Under the pieces are notes generated by a model. That model did not search any database, had not been told where the DNA came from, and saw only the letters and a list, made by a program, of their open reading frames with translations. Both the position numbers and the translations under genes were made by a program. 64,000 bases of DNA from a virus (Duplodnaviria; Caudoviricetes), in IMG/VR virus record IMGVR_UViG_3300028800_000090, positions 2,187 to 66,186 of that record; one strand, given 5' to 3'. Positions within the stretch are counted from its first letter, which is position 1. Each line of letters begins with the position of its first letter. Below, one piece after another: positions 1 through 9,693 of this stretch.

Positions 1-72
1 CCCGCAACTCAAAAGGAGGTTGTAGAATTGTAGGAGTGCGGCCATCCCGCACGGCACCCGTAGGAGGGTGAC

Positions 73-600
73 ATGCCTAAACGTGTTGTGAGACACGCCG
101 TTGAACAGCCGCAGGATCAGAGTATCCGGCGAATCCCGTTGACGCAAGGCCAACACACGACCGTCGATGCCTCGGACTACGATTGGCTTATGAGGCACAA
201 CTGGCACGCGAGACGGAAGCAGTGGGGCTTTTATGCCACGCGGAATGTCCCCTTGCCGGACGGACGACAGACTACGGTTGACATGCACAGAGAAATACTG
301 GGGTTGAAGTTTGGGGCTACTCCCACTGGCGACCACATCAATCGAGACACATTAGACAACCGGCGGGCGAATCTACGGTTGGCCACGGCTAGCCAGCAGG
401 TGATGAATCAGGGCGTCCGCGTCGATTCTTCTACGGGCTACCGAGGTGTGACGCAGAGAGGCAATAAGTGGCGGGCAAAGATCAACCTCGACGGGAAGCA
501 GATAAGTTTGGGGTATGGATCGACGCCCGAGGAAGTTCATGCGCTCTATCGCGCAGCGGCAGAAAAGTATTTCGGGGAGTACGCCGGCGTGCAGGTGTAA
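73..600 (+). CDS. HNH homing endonuclease with C-terminal AP2 domain
   Basis: MHREIL...GDHINRDTLDNRRANLR (HNH_3-type) followed by S-GYRGV...KWRAKI...LG...EE-HA-Y-AAA-KYFGEYA (AP2); SD GGAGG at 64-68. Confidence 0.93.
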   Translation: MPKRVVRHAVEQPQDQSIRRIPLTQGQHTTVDASDYDWLMRHNWHARRKQWGFYATRNVPLPDGRQTTVDMHREILGLKFGATPTGDHINRDTLDNRRANLRLATASQQVMNQGVRVDSSTGYRGVTQRGNKWRAKINLDGKQISLGYGSTPEEVHALYRAAAEKYFGEYAGVQV

Positions 601-610
601 CATCTGTTAC

Positions 611-1054
611 ATGGCAACTCTCAATCTTCGCGGTATCAGCCAAGAGCTTCACCAGGCATTGAAGGTTCGCGCAGCCGCAGAGTCGGTCTCGATCCAATCC
701 CTTTGCGTGAGGTTCATGTGGCAGGGTCTGGAATACGAGGCCACGGTCGACAAGATGTCGTTTGGCACGGCTGGTCACAACTCAACGCGAGTAGGTGTGG
801 GTTCGCAACCCAAGCCAGCCCCTAAGTCAAGCGGGTTCGAATCCCGCCCATCTGGCCCGGATGGAGGCTCGCTGGTGCGGGAAGGCAGAGCGACTGCCAG
901 GGTAAAGACCGAACGTATCGCCACCGGCGCAGCGGGCAAGGCGCTGGCAAGCCGGGCGGTAAAGGTTCTACTGGAGAAGCGACCGCACCTCAATCCAGTC
1001 TGCCCATCCTGCGGCGCGCTCAACGGGATGCACTTCAGAGGCTGCAAAGCATGA
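611..1054 (+). CDS. Ribbon-helix-helix (Arc/FitA-like) DNA-binding protein with C-terminal Cys/His knuckle
   Basis: ATG 611: MATLNLRGISQELHQALKVRAAAESVSIQSL is a typical RHH N-terminus; C-terminus CPSCG...H..GC. Confidence 0.7.
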   Translation: MATLNLRGISQELHQALKVRAAAESVSIQSLCVRFMWQGLEYEATVDKMSFGTAGHNSTRVGVGSQPKPAPKSSGFESRPSGPDGGSLVREGRATARVKTERIATGAAGKALASRAVKVLLEKRPHLNPVCPSCGALNGMHFRGCKA

Positions 1055-1116
1055 TGTCCTAGCCTGTCCAACTTCTCACCAGACGCACCTAGGCCCTGCC
1101 ACGAGGGGGTTTTAGC

Positions 1117-1503
1117 ATGAAATTGCAGCGCAAGCCTGTAATCCAGCCAATGTGGAACGAACCCGACAACGCCCCGGAAGCGCGGGTGCGGCACCTGGAT
1201 GAGCTCGTGGATATGCGCGCACACGCCAAGCGGCTTGAGCATTGCGAACTGCCGGCAGGCTTCCGATTGGTCACCCCGACCCCGAAACAGGCCTGGGTCG
1301 ACCACCAGATGGTCTGGGTGTTCGTGCTGGGCTGGGCGCCGGTCGACTTGCAGGGCAACCGCTGGTGCGAGGACAAGTATCTGTCGGTCTGCCGGTATCA
1401 CCAGGCCATCCCCGACGAGATCCAGATGGGGTGGGCGATTCAGGACTTCCAGCGCGAACTTGAGTGTGCGGAGGTAGTCAAGCCGCAAAAGCGGGCAGCG
1501 TGA
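1117..1503 (+). CDS. Hypothetical phage protein
   Basis: 128-aa ORF, SD GAGGGGG upstream, GC3-rich codon usage. Confidence 0.7.
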   Translation: MKLQRKPVIQPMWNEPDNAPEARVRHLDELVDMRAHAKRLEHCELPAGFRLVTPTPKQAWVDHQMVWVFVLGWAPVDLQGNRWCEDKYLSVCRYHQAIPDEIQMGWAIQDFQRELECAEVVKPQKRAA

Positions 1504-1694
1504 ACCTCGGAGGCGTGTTGTGGCTTCTGTTCCTGGCGGCATGGGTCGCTCTGCTGGTGCGGGAGTACCGCAAGCGCGTAAACGTGGACGACGAGGAAAC
1601 TGCCCCGAGGAACTCAGCGACCTCAACCGGCGGAGCATCAAGCCCTACTCCCACCTCCAACGGCAGGAACGAAAGGCCGTTCGGGACCGACTGA
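1500..1694 (+). CDS. Small membrane protein
   Basis: GTG overlaps the previous stop (GTGA); hydrophobic LGGVLWLLFLAAWVALLV followed by basic residues. Confidence 0.45.
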   Translation: MNLGGVLWLLFLAAWVALLVREYRKRVNVDDEETAPRNSATSTGGASSPTPTSNGRNERPFGTD

Positions 1695-2065
1695 GGTACA
1701 AGGGCATCAAACCGACGCGCCGGCAGTGGATGACCTGCGTAGTGGTCACAGCGATCGAGATTCCCAGTTGGGCACTCGAGCGTGCGCACCCAAAGATGAG
1801 CCAGTCCGAGCGGCATGTCTGGTTCGCAGGTCGGCCCAGGCGTCCGGCAAAGACGTTGATTGGGCTGGACAGGGATGCAGGTGGAGACCCCGAGGTTGTA
1901 ACGGTCGAGTGGCGGCCGTGCCCGGTATGTGGCCGGATTCTGCTGGCGCTTGAGGCAGAGGACCGGCGTAAGTTGGACGAGACACGCGGGGGTTTGCAGA
2001 TGCCCTGCGGTGCGGAGTGTGGCAGTACCGAGGTGGCACCCAATGCAAAAGCAATGCGCAAGTGA
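1520..2065 (+). CDS. Hypothetical Zn-finger protein (start uncertain; possibly ATG 1730)
   Basis: CPVC...CGAEC motif. Confidence 0.5.
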   Translation: MASVPGGMGRSAGAGVPQARKRGRRGNCPEELSDLNRRSIKPYSHLQRQERKAVRDRLRYKGIKPTRRQWMTCVVVTAIEIPSWALERAHPKMSQSERHVWFAGRPRRPAKTLIGLDRDAGGDPEVVTVEWRPCPVCGRILLALEAEDRRKLDETRGGLQMPCGAECGSTEVAPNAKAMRK

Positions 2066-2306
2066 CAACTGTGAAGAGATGTTCGAGACGATTGGCGCTC
2101 GCAAGTTCTGCGACCTCCACACCCCTGCAAAGAAGAAGGGGAGCGGGAAAGCCAAAAAGGTACAGTCCGACGCACTTGAAGAGGTGACGGTGGTCGGCAT
2201 CGACCTCAGCGAGAAGCAGTTAGACCGTCTCTGGTCAGCTTGCACGATCGAAGAGAAGGGGTTGGCCGTGCAGACCATCCTCGATTACCAACGCACCGAA
2301 GAGTAG
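2043..2306 (+). CDS. Hypothetical protein with Cys/His knuckle
   Basis: ATG 2043 after GAGGTGG; CASDNC...FCDLH. Confidence 0.6.
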   Translation: MQKQCASDNCEEMFETIGARKFCDLHTPAKKKGSGKAKKVQSDALEEVTVVGIDLSEKQLDRLWSACTIEEKGLAVQTILDYQRTEE

Positions 2307-2324
2307 CACCCGGAGGCACTACCG

Positions 2325-2627
2325 ATGGACAACACCGAAGTTGAAGCAACCCGAGGCCCAGCACTGGCCAAGGAAGACCCTCACCCCTACGAGCGCGACG
2401 ATGCGCTGAACGACCGGCTCTACAACGTCAGCCGCAAGGTGGACCGCATCCTGAACCGGGAGTCCGTCGAGAACCATGCGGCCATCCTCGGGTTTATCCA
2501 GGTGTCCGGCCAGCGGCGGGCGCACGAGTACGAGCTCGACAAGCAGAAGACGGCCAATGCCCAGCGTGACGCAGCGATGGAAGCGGCACGCGAGGCGCAG
2601 CGGCAAGCCCGGTTCGGCCCCGGCTAG
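2325..2627 (+). CDS. Hypothetical helical protein
   Basis: SD GGAGG, 100-aa ORF. Confidence 0.7.
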   Translation: MDNTEVEATRGPALAKEDPHPYERDDALNDRLYNVSRKVDRILNRESVENHAAILGFIQVSGQRRAHEYELDKQKTANAQRDAAMEAAREAQRQARFGPG

Positions 2628-2634
2628 GAGACTG

Positions 2635-4173
2635 ATGAAACTAAAGCGGCTTGCGGCGGTTCTGGTAGCGGCACTCACCTTATGCGGCACAGGACTCGCC
2701 CAATTCGCCACCATCACCGGCACGCTGCAAGGCTCGAACGGCATGCCAGCCCAGAACTACATTTTGAGCTTCCAACTTTCGCAGTTTGGGTACGTCGCCG
2801 GAACCGGCGTGGTCTTGAATGTTGGAACTTATTGTGCGACGTCGACCGATGGGAGCGTGGTGGGCGTCCCAAACCCCCTCCAGGCCCCACCGGTCACAAC
2901 TGGCTTTACCGGCACCCTGCCGCCTGCGAACTACTACGTCAAGTTCGCCTTTTACGATGCAGCCGCGCACGTTACGCTGGTCTCCCCTGAACGAGTGATC
3001 AATCTGGGGTCGACGGGCCAGATTCAGGTTGCAGCACCCTTGAGCGGCATGCCCGCCGGCGCCACCGGGATGAAGGTCTACATCTCGACCGCGCCCAACA
3101 CCGAGACGTTGCAGGGCACGTCAGTCGGCTCGGCAGCCTACATCCAGTCCATTCCCCTGGTCACCGGCGCCGCGGTCCCATCGAGCAACACCACCCTCTG
3201 CAAGCAGGTAGCGAACGACGCGATCTGGCCCACCGGGACCGGCTACACGGTTGCGTTGACTGATACAGGCGGCAACACCCTGCCCGGCTACCCGATGATG
3301 TGGCAACTTATGGGCCCGAACACGACCATAGACCTTTCGACCGGCTTGCCCTACTACCACGGCACGGTCTACTTTCCCACGCCGATCCTAGCCAGCCCCC
3401 TCAACCATGCCTTGCAGACGATCTCCGGACCGCTCGGGCTCTCAGGTTATGACCTGAACAACGTGGGAGCAATCGGCGTGGGGACCTCTCTCCCTGCGTG
3501 GCCGATCGATGTTGAGAACGGCCTGATCAATACCAACCTGGGGTACCTGGTCAACGGCGCTGGGCCGCTCAATCACCTCCTGTGCGGGGATGGCACGGAG
3601 TTTGTAGACTGCGCATCGGTTCCCGCGGGCGCGATTTCCGGCCTGTTCTACCAGACGGTGCAGACCAACACGACGCCTGTGACGCAAAGGCAGGCGCTGA
3701 ACTTCTCCCCGCGGTTCAGTCTTACCGATTCAGCGTCACCCTCGCGCACTACCGCAGACCTTGCCACAACCGCTGTGTCCCCTGGCAGTTACACCCGCAC
3801 CAACCTGACCGTCGACGCCTACGGCCGTATCACCGCAGCCTCGAGCAGTTCCAGCAACTTTACCTCGGTGCAGACTGACGTCACCGGATCTCGAGCCTTT
3901 GGGGGAGGTCCGTACACCAATAGCAGCGGGGCACCGCTCGAGGTGGACGGCTGGCTCACGACGACCGCCGGCGGCGCGGATGGCAACATTACCTGCACCA
4001 ATGGGCCATCGACCGGGACGGAGAATCAGGTCTTCCGAAGCAACCCGACAGCCACCGATGCAGGCGGCAACGCGGCCTTTCACCTCCCGGTGCCCTCGAC
4101 TTGGAAATACCAGTGCACCATCACCGGGACTATGAACGGTGTCATAGGCAAGTGGTTCGAAACAACTCACTAA
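2635..4173 (+). CDS. Signal-peptide-bearing tail-fibre-like protein
   Basis: ATG 2635 after AGGAG; MKLKRLAAVLVAALTLCGTGLA|Q; Fn3-like module; fibre repeat PGSYTRTNLTVDAYGRITAAS. Confidence 0.75.
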   Translation: MKLKRLAAVLVAALTLCGTGLAQFATITGTLQGSNGMPAQNYILSFQLSQFGYVAGTGVVLNVGTYCATSTDGSVVGVPNPLQAPPVTTGFTGTLPPANYYVKFAFYDAAAHVTLVSPERVINLGSTGQIQVAAPLSGMPAGATGMKVYISTAPNTETLQGTSVGSAAYIQSIPLVTGAAVPSSNTTLCKQVANDAIWPTGTGYTVALTDTGGNTLPGYPMMWQLMGPNTTIDLSTGLPYYHGTVYFPTPILASPLNHALQTISGPLGLSGYDLNNVGAIGVGTSLPAWPIDVENGLINTNLGYLVNGAGPLNHLLCGDGTEFVDCASVPAGAISGLFYQTVQTNTTPVTQRQALNFSPRFSLTDSASPSRTTADLATTAVSPGSYTRTNLTVDAYGRITAASSSSSNFTSVQTDVTGSRAFGGGPYTNSSGAPLEVDGWLTTTAGGADGNITCTNGPSTGTENQVFRSNPTATDAGGNAAFHLPVPSTWKYQCTITGTMNGVIGKWFETTH

Positions 4174-4199
4174 TCTCAAACCCTCAAGGAGCTTCCACC

Positions 4200-5816
4200 A
4201 TGCGCAATCGCATTCTTGCGTCCATCCTCGGGCTCGTCGGGCTGCTCACGGCTCCGGCAGCCTTCGCCCAGAACTCGGTTAGCCGCACTCCCTTCAATCA
4301 GACGCAGTACTATGCGACCGATTACGCGCAGTGGGCGATCCGCGGCCAGTCGGCAAACACCTACCTGTTCTCCCCTGGCGGGCTATGCAACGCCTCGGCC
4401 TCGGGTGGGCAGTTCTACGTGTTCAACACGAACGCGCCGGTGGCTATCATCGATGCGACCCCGGCAAACTCTGAGATCGTGACGCCCTCGACGGTGACCA
4501 ATACGGGAAGCCAGTGCGGATTCACGGCATCGCCTGCGAACAATCACTACTCCTTCAACGTGATTTCCGGTACGGCTGGCCTGCAGGAAGCGATCAACTC
4601 GATCTCCGTCCTGCCGACCAACTACCCGGCGCTGGTCATCCTGGACCGCAACTTCTTCACGACCGCCGCGTCTCTGCCTGGTGCCCCAACGGGAGGCTCG
4701 ATCGTCGCTTCGGTCACAGGCACGGCTGGCGTTATCCTCGAAGACGTCACCTCGGCGCCGGCGAAGTACTACGCATGGAATGGAACTGCCTATGTCTCGG
4801 TTGGAGCGACTGGTGCCTTTGCAGCGAACTACAAGGTGACGTCGAACACGGTTCTGACGGTTCCTACGGCAGTCTCGACGGCTGCGGCTACCAATGGGCT
4901 ACTCACAGCCTCAGCTACAGGCGGCACCGTCCCGGCCAGCTCAACCTACCGCATGGCGCTGACCTACGTCGACGCAAGCGGCGGTGAGACGCTGATCTCG
5001 GTCGATACGGCCTCGACTGCGACCATCGCCACCAGTGCAGGATCCACCAACTCGATCTCCGTCACTTCGCCGGCAGCTTTGGCTGGGGCGGTGGGGTATC
5101 GGGTTTACCTCTCGGCAGCCAGCGGTGCGGCCGCATCGGAAATCCTCTACACCCCGACCTGCGTCAAGTCGGCGCTGCAAACTCAGTTGCCTGGAGTCTG
5201 CGCGATCGGTTCATCGGCAACGATCACAGCTATTGTGACGGGGACCGCGACTATCCCGGTGGTTTCAACGGCCTACCCGCGCACAGCCGGGGTTGCGTCG
5301 TTCGAATATCCTCCGTTCACAGCCCTTGGCACGGTGGCGTCGACCGCGACGGGTACTTTGGCGGTCATCAACCTGCCTACCGGCTACCTGAACACGCTGG
5401 GTCGCACGCTGACCTTCTGCGGCAACGGGTACGCGACCAACAACAACACGACTGGAACGATTGCGCTCAATATGGTGGTCGCTTCGGTGCCTGGCGTGAC
5501 CTCAATCACTCCATTCACAGCCTCTTACACCACGGCGACGACTACCGCGGTGCAGGTGCCTCTCGACTTCTGCGTGACCACCACAACGGCGGCAACAGGA
5601 ACTACGGGTACTCTCGAGGTGCATGGCTGGGTTACGACTCGGACAGCGACGGCAGCGGCTGGGCAGGCTGGGCAGACGTCGGTGGACAACATCTTTGCGG
5701 TGTCGTCTACGGTTGACCTGACCAAGCAGGATCAGTTGCAGTTCACGATCGTGCCGACCACGACCGGGCTAACGGCTGCGCAGATCCGGCAGTTGACGGT
5801 CCAAGTCAGCAACTAG
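4200..5816 (+). CDS. Signal-peptide-bearing Thr/Ala-rich beta-protein (structural/adhesin-like)
   Basis: ATG 4200 after AAGGAG; MRNRILASILGLVGLLTAPAAFA|Q; N-domain paralogous to the 6181 protein. Confidence 0.8.
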   Translation: MRNRILASILGLVGLLTAPAAFAQNSVSRTPFNQTQYYATDYAQWAIRGQSANTYLFSPGGLCNASASGGQFYVFNTNAPVAIIDATPANSEIVTPSTVTNTGSQCGFTASPANNHYSFNVISGTAGLQEAINSISVLPTNYPALVILDRNFFTTAASLPGAPTGGSIVASVTGTAGVILEDVTSAPAKYYAWNGTAYVSVGATGAFAANYKVTSNTVLTVPTAVSTAAATNGLLTASATGGTVPASSTYRMALTYVDASGGETLISVDTASTATIATSAGSTNSISVTSPAALAGAVGYRVYLSAASGAAASEILYTPTCVKSALQTQLPGVCAIGSSATITAIVTGTATIPVVSTAYPRTAGVASFEYPPFTALGTVASTATGTLAVINLPTGYLNTLGRTLTFCGNGYATNNNTTGTIALNMVVASVPGVTSITPFTASYTTATTTAVQVPLDFCVTTTTAATGTTGTLEVHGWVTTRTATAAAGQAGQTSVDNIFAVSSTVDLTKQDQLQFTIVPTTTGLTAAQIRQLTVQVSN

Positions 5817-5826
5817 CTCACAACCA

Positions 5827-5856
5827 GCCGCGCCCGGCTTTGCCTCCGGGCGCGGC
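5827..5856 (+). terminator. GC-rich hairpin (mRNA stabiliser or weak terminator)
   Basis: GCCGCGCCCGG-8 nt-CCGGGCGCGGC, 11-bp perfect stem, no U-tract. Confidence 0.5.
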
Positions 5857-5877
5857 AGAATTACCGAGGAAATACCC

Positions 5878-6171
5878 ATGAAAAGCATCGCCCTCTTCTT
5901 TGCCCTCAGCCTCTCCGCCTTTGCGCAGTCAGCCCCCAAGCCAGCCCCGACGCCGCCAGCAGTCGCCGCACCCCAACCCCCGCCCACCCTGACCGAGTTG
6001 CAGCAGGCCAAGCTCGAGAACCTGTCGCTGAAGTTCACCCTACTCCAGCAGCAGCAAGCCCAACTGCAAGGCCAGTATCAGGCGCTGATTCAGTCGATCG
6101 TGGCTGAACACCCCGGATTCCAGTGGGATGCGCAGACCTCGCACCTCGTAGCAGTCCCACCGAAGAAGTAA
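5878..6171 (+). CDS. Small secreted coiled-coil protein
   Basis: MKSIALFFALSLSAFA|Q signal peptide, Pro linker, Gln-rich helix. Confidence 0.75.
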   Translation: MKSIALFFALSLSAFAQSAPKPAPTPPAVAAPQPPPTLTELQQAKLENLSLKFTLLQQQQAQLQGQYQALIQSIVAEHPGFQWDAQTSHLVAVPPKK

Positions 6172-6180
6172 AGGACGCCC

Positions 6181-9100
6181 ATGAAGAAGCTGCTCGCTAT
6201 CGCCGTCGTGCTTACCACGCTCGGCCTCCACGCGCAGACTCCCCCTGTCATCGGGCCGGCCAACATCGCCAACACCCTCTATGCCGCGAACTTCGCTGGC
6301 TGGACCGTGCCGATGGGCAACAACGGTCCATTCTCATGGTCCAGCCCGCAGGTTTGCACCTCGGCCAACTCAGGTGGAGTGACGTTCAAGCCTTTTGTGG
6401 TCGGCTCGCCCATCCGGATCAACGACTCGGCCACCCCATCACACAGCGAGAACGTGACGGTTACCGCGGTCTCGATCATTGGGTCCGGCTGCTCAATTAC
6501 GACGTCGACGCCGGCCTTCCCGCACTACAGTTTCTTCCTGAGCTCGGCCACATCCGGGCTGCAAGAGGCTTTGAACTACTCGCTACAGACCTTTGGCACC
6601 ACCAACCCGGCAAGCCTGGTCATCGTGACCCCAGCATTCCTGGGCACGACAAGCACAATCACCTCTTCCGCAGGCTCGGCCGCAATCGGCATCCTGGATG
6701 AACGTGTTGCTTGCCCAATCGCCTACTCATGGTCGGGGAGTGCTTACGTGGGGACTAGCCTCTGTGGCGCTGGTAACGGCATCACCGCACTCACTGGGGA
6801 TGTAACTGCAATGGGGCCAGGCAGCGCGCTAGCAACGCTGGCTTCCACTACGGTCACTCCCGGCAGCTATACAAACGCAGACATTACGGTGGACGCGAAG
6901 GGGAGAATCACAGCCGCGGCAAACGGCGCCAGCAGCGGGGGCACAATCGTTGCCTCCCTGGAGTTTCAGATTCCCTACTACAGCCTCTCGGGGACGCACC
7001 AGACAGTCACCGGAGACCCGAACTTTACGACGGATGGGAACGGCAACGTCACCGCAAAGAGTGGCGTGTACAACGGAACCGGAACCCCTCTTTCAATTCC
7101 TGCAAACGGTACAGTAACGCCCGCAGCAGGGGTGGCTGGGCTGGGCACGGATGATATGGGAAATTGGGTGCGCTCGAACAATGGGGGCGCTCCTTCAATC
7201 ATGGCGGGACTTGATACGTTCGCCGCTCCTCCTGCGATCGGGAACACGACCGGAGCGCCTGAATTGCGCGTCACGGCGACCAATTATCCCTACACCGGGT
7301 CTAACTTCTGGACGGCGCAGACCACGAGGTGCAGCCAAACACTTCTGCCTGATGATCCCGGTGCTGTCGGCGAAGGAAGCATCTGCATCACCATCTCACA
7401 AGACAACAGTTACAACCCCGGATGGATGTATGGATCGCCGGGAACAGGCAGTGACGTTGCAGGTTTTGGGCATGGCACCCTTTCGGTGTTCCCAGTCAAT
7501 AGCTACAGCAATGGCATCGATCAGGGGTTCGGGTTCTACGGAAATTACTTCAAGGCCGGGGATGTGCAGCTTGAGAGCCTTATTGGATATTTCAAACCTG
7601 CGGCTATCGCTGGATCAGATGAAGGCGTCGTTCTGAATCGTTCCGTGATGTCGGAAGTCGATCCTTACACCGGAACAGTTGTCTCGACCACCGATGGAAC
7701 GGGATACAAGAATGTCGTCCTGACATGCACAGCGAACTGCGCCGATATTGGACTGAACTCCCCGCTTATCGACACAACCAGCCCAGTCAGCGATACGGCT
7801 ACCTACGTATCAACGGGCACTTACGGCAACAACATCACCCTGACGACGACCTCAGTAACTTCCTCGATCACTGGAACGCTGGCAGCGGATATTGACGTTC
7901 CACGCACAGTTGGAAATTCTACCGGACGCCTTTCTGCGGGGACGGTGACGATCAACTTCAATGTGACGGGTGGCAGCCCAATCACTACCTCCACAACCTG
8001 TTCGATCATGGGGCCAGCGTTCTTTGAGACAGTGATTCCTTCGGCGGTGGGGAGCCTGGGTGGAGGAGTTCAGTCTGTCACGGCAACCTACCACTACTCA
8101 CACTCAAGCGGCGCGACGTTCTATTGCGGAGGATCGGCAGGGCAATACATCGAAGAAACCGAATACAGTGTGGGCGCGAAGCGGTACGTTGAGAACATCT
8201 ACGGTTCAGTATCCCCACACACTCTTCTCGTCGGGCATCAGATTCCGAACGCAGCGCAGTCGGTCTTTCCAACCACCGGAAGCCATGCGGTGAATATATA
8301 TCCCGGCGGGGAAGTGGTTGGAGTGCTGAATCCTTCGAACTCGACTCCTGACGGAGCCTATCTTGCAGTTGAAATGACGGGTGCCGCATGGACTCCGACC
8401 GACACGGTAGAGAACGTCAACAACATCGCGGCGGGATACGTTTGGGAGTTTTTCGGCGCGGGCGGCTTTCCAATCGACAATCCATTTGCATCTCGCATCG
8501 GACACTTGGACGAATGGACCGGCTATGGCGGAGGCCAGGCCGAAGGTAACGGAGTCTGGGAATTTATCAATTGGAACACGACATCTGGATATTCGGGGGC
8601 TGGGGGAAATGAGAGCGCCCCCTACTTGATTCGCGTCCGTGGCGCTGTTGCCAATGGAATAGCATTTGATTTTCCTCCCCTTATATCTGGCAACAAAGGA
8701 ACAGGCAATGGCGATGGCTATTTACTCTCCATTGCAAATGGTCCTGTCGCAGGAGCGAGCAGTATAGAGGGGATTTTTAGCCAAGGGGATGCGGCGGGAC
8801 AGTTCACCTATGACCACGCAACGAGTAAGTTCAACTTCGCTGCATCTGATTTGACATTGAACGGCAACTCAGTCCTAACCACAGCATCTCCAGTGCTGAC
8901 AGGAACGGGAACCACAGATTGTCTCTCAAAATGGTCCGGTGCCAGTGCGCTAACTGATTCGCACATTTGTGAGTCTGGGGGGAATCTCAACGCCTCGGAG
9001 CAGGTTTCAATTTCCACTTCCACCCCAATCGCTCTTTCGCTGGCAACTTCAGCGACAAACTACTCCGGCATTGCGATTAACAATACCTCTGGAGGCGGCG

Positions 9101-9693
9101 ACTACTGGTGGCTGATTACCCGCGGCTCGAGTGTGTCTGTACCTGGGATTCTGGAATTTTTCGACGTATCGAAGGGATACAGTCTTGCTCAGGACGGGAA
9201 TGGTACTGCTTACGTTCCGTCGATAGGATTCTTGGGGTTCTCAGGCGCTACAAACCCGGCTGATGCTCCTTGCGACACCGGATTTTCGCGTGACTCTGGT
9301 GGTGTGATCGACGTAGGGAATTGTACGGCAGGCAACAAGAGTGGCACGCTGAACGCAGCCAATGTCACCGCCAGCGCAACCGTACAGGGCTTGCAGGTCA
9401 TCGCCACCTCCAACTTCACCGCGACCGCCGCACCTCTGAGCGTGGCGTGCAGCACTTCGGGAAATATTCTGTGGTCTGCGCCTGAACGCGGGGCTTCAGA
9501 TCAGAAAGTGATCATCTACTTCAACGCCTGCCTCGGAACGGCGACGATCACATTTCCGGGGACGTATGCACAGACACCTGGCATCTACCCATCCTCGGCG
9601 ACCACGGCAGGACTGGTAACGACTCTCAGCACCTCCTCAGCAACAGTGACGGGCGCGACCACAACCGGATTCTTATTCTTGGAAGGGTTCTAG
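6181..9693 (+). CDS. Large signal-peptide-bearing tail-fibre/adhesin-like protein
   Basis: MKKLLAIAVVLTTLGLHA|Q; ITALTGDVTA and PGSYTNADITVDAKGRITAAANG fibre motifs; G/S/T-rich, 1170 aa. Confidence 0.8.
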   Translation: MKKLLAIAVVLTTLGLHAQTPPVIGPANIANTLYAANFAGWTVPMGNNGPFSWSSPQVCTSANSGGVTFKPFVVGSPIRINDSATPSHSENVTVTAVSIIGSGCSITTSTPAFPHYSFFLSSATSGLQEALNYSLQTFGTTNPASLVIVTPAFLGTTSTITSSAGSAAIGILDERVACPIAYSWSGSAYVGTSLCGAGNGITALTGDVTAMGPGSALATLASTTVTPGSYTNADITVDAKGRITAAANGASSGGTIVASLEFQIPYYSLSGTHQTVTGDPNFTTDGNGNVTAKSGVYNGTGTPLSIPANGTVTPAAGVAGLGTDDMGNWVRSNNGGAPSIMAGLDTFAAPPAIGNTTGAPELRVTATNYPYTGSNFWTAQTTRCSQTLLPDDPGAVGEGSICITISQDNSYNPGWMYGSPGTGSDVAGFGHGTLSVFPVNSYSNGIDQGFGFYGNYFKAGDVQLESLIGYFKPAAIAGSDEGVVLNRSVMSEVDPYTGTVVSTTDGTGYKNVVLTCTANCADIGLNSPLIDTTSPVSDTATYVSTGTYGNNITLTTTSVTSSITGTLAADIDVPRTVGNSTGRLSAGTVTINFNVTGGSPITTSTTCSIMGPAFFETVIPSAVGSLGGGVQSVTATYHYSHSSGATFYCGGSAGQYIEETEYSVGAKRYVENIYGSVSPHTLLVGHQIPNAAQSVFPTTGSHAVNIYPGGEVVGVLNPSNSTPDGAYLAVEMTGAAWTPTDTVENVNNIAAGYVWEFFGAGGFPIDNPFASRIGHLDEWTGYGGGQAEGNGVWEFINWNTTSGYSGAGGNESAPYLIRVRGAVANGIAFDFPPLISGNKGTGNGDGYLLSIANGPVAGASSIEGIFSQGDAAGQFTYDHATSKFNFAASDLTLNGNSVLTTASPVLTGTGTTDCLSKWSGASALTDSHICESGGNLNASEQVSISTSTPIALSLATSATNYSGIAINNTSGGGDYWWLITRGSSVSVPGILEFFDVSKGYSLAQDGNGTAYVPSIGFLGFSGATNPADAPCDTGFSRDSGGVIDVGNCTAGNKSGTLNAANVTASATVQGLQVIATSNFTATAAPLSVACSTSGNILWSAPERGASDQKVIIYFNACLGTATITFPGTYAQTPGIYPSSATTAGLVTTLSTSSATVTGATTTGFLFLEGF

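Noticed and set aside
769-864. Complete tRNA gene
   Set aside because: Only T-arm-like hairpins; no D arm, anticodon arm or full acceptor stem
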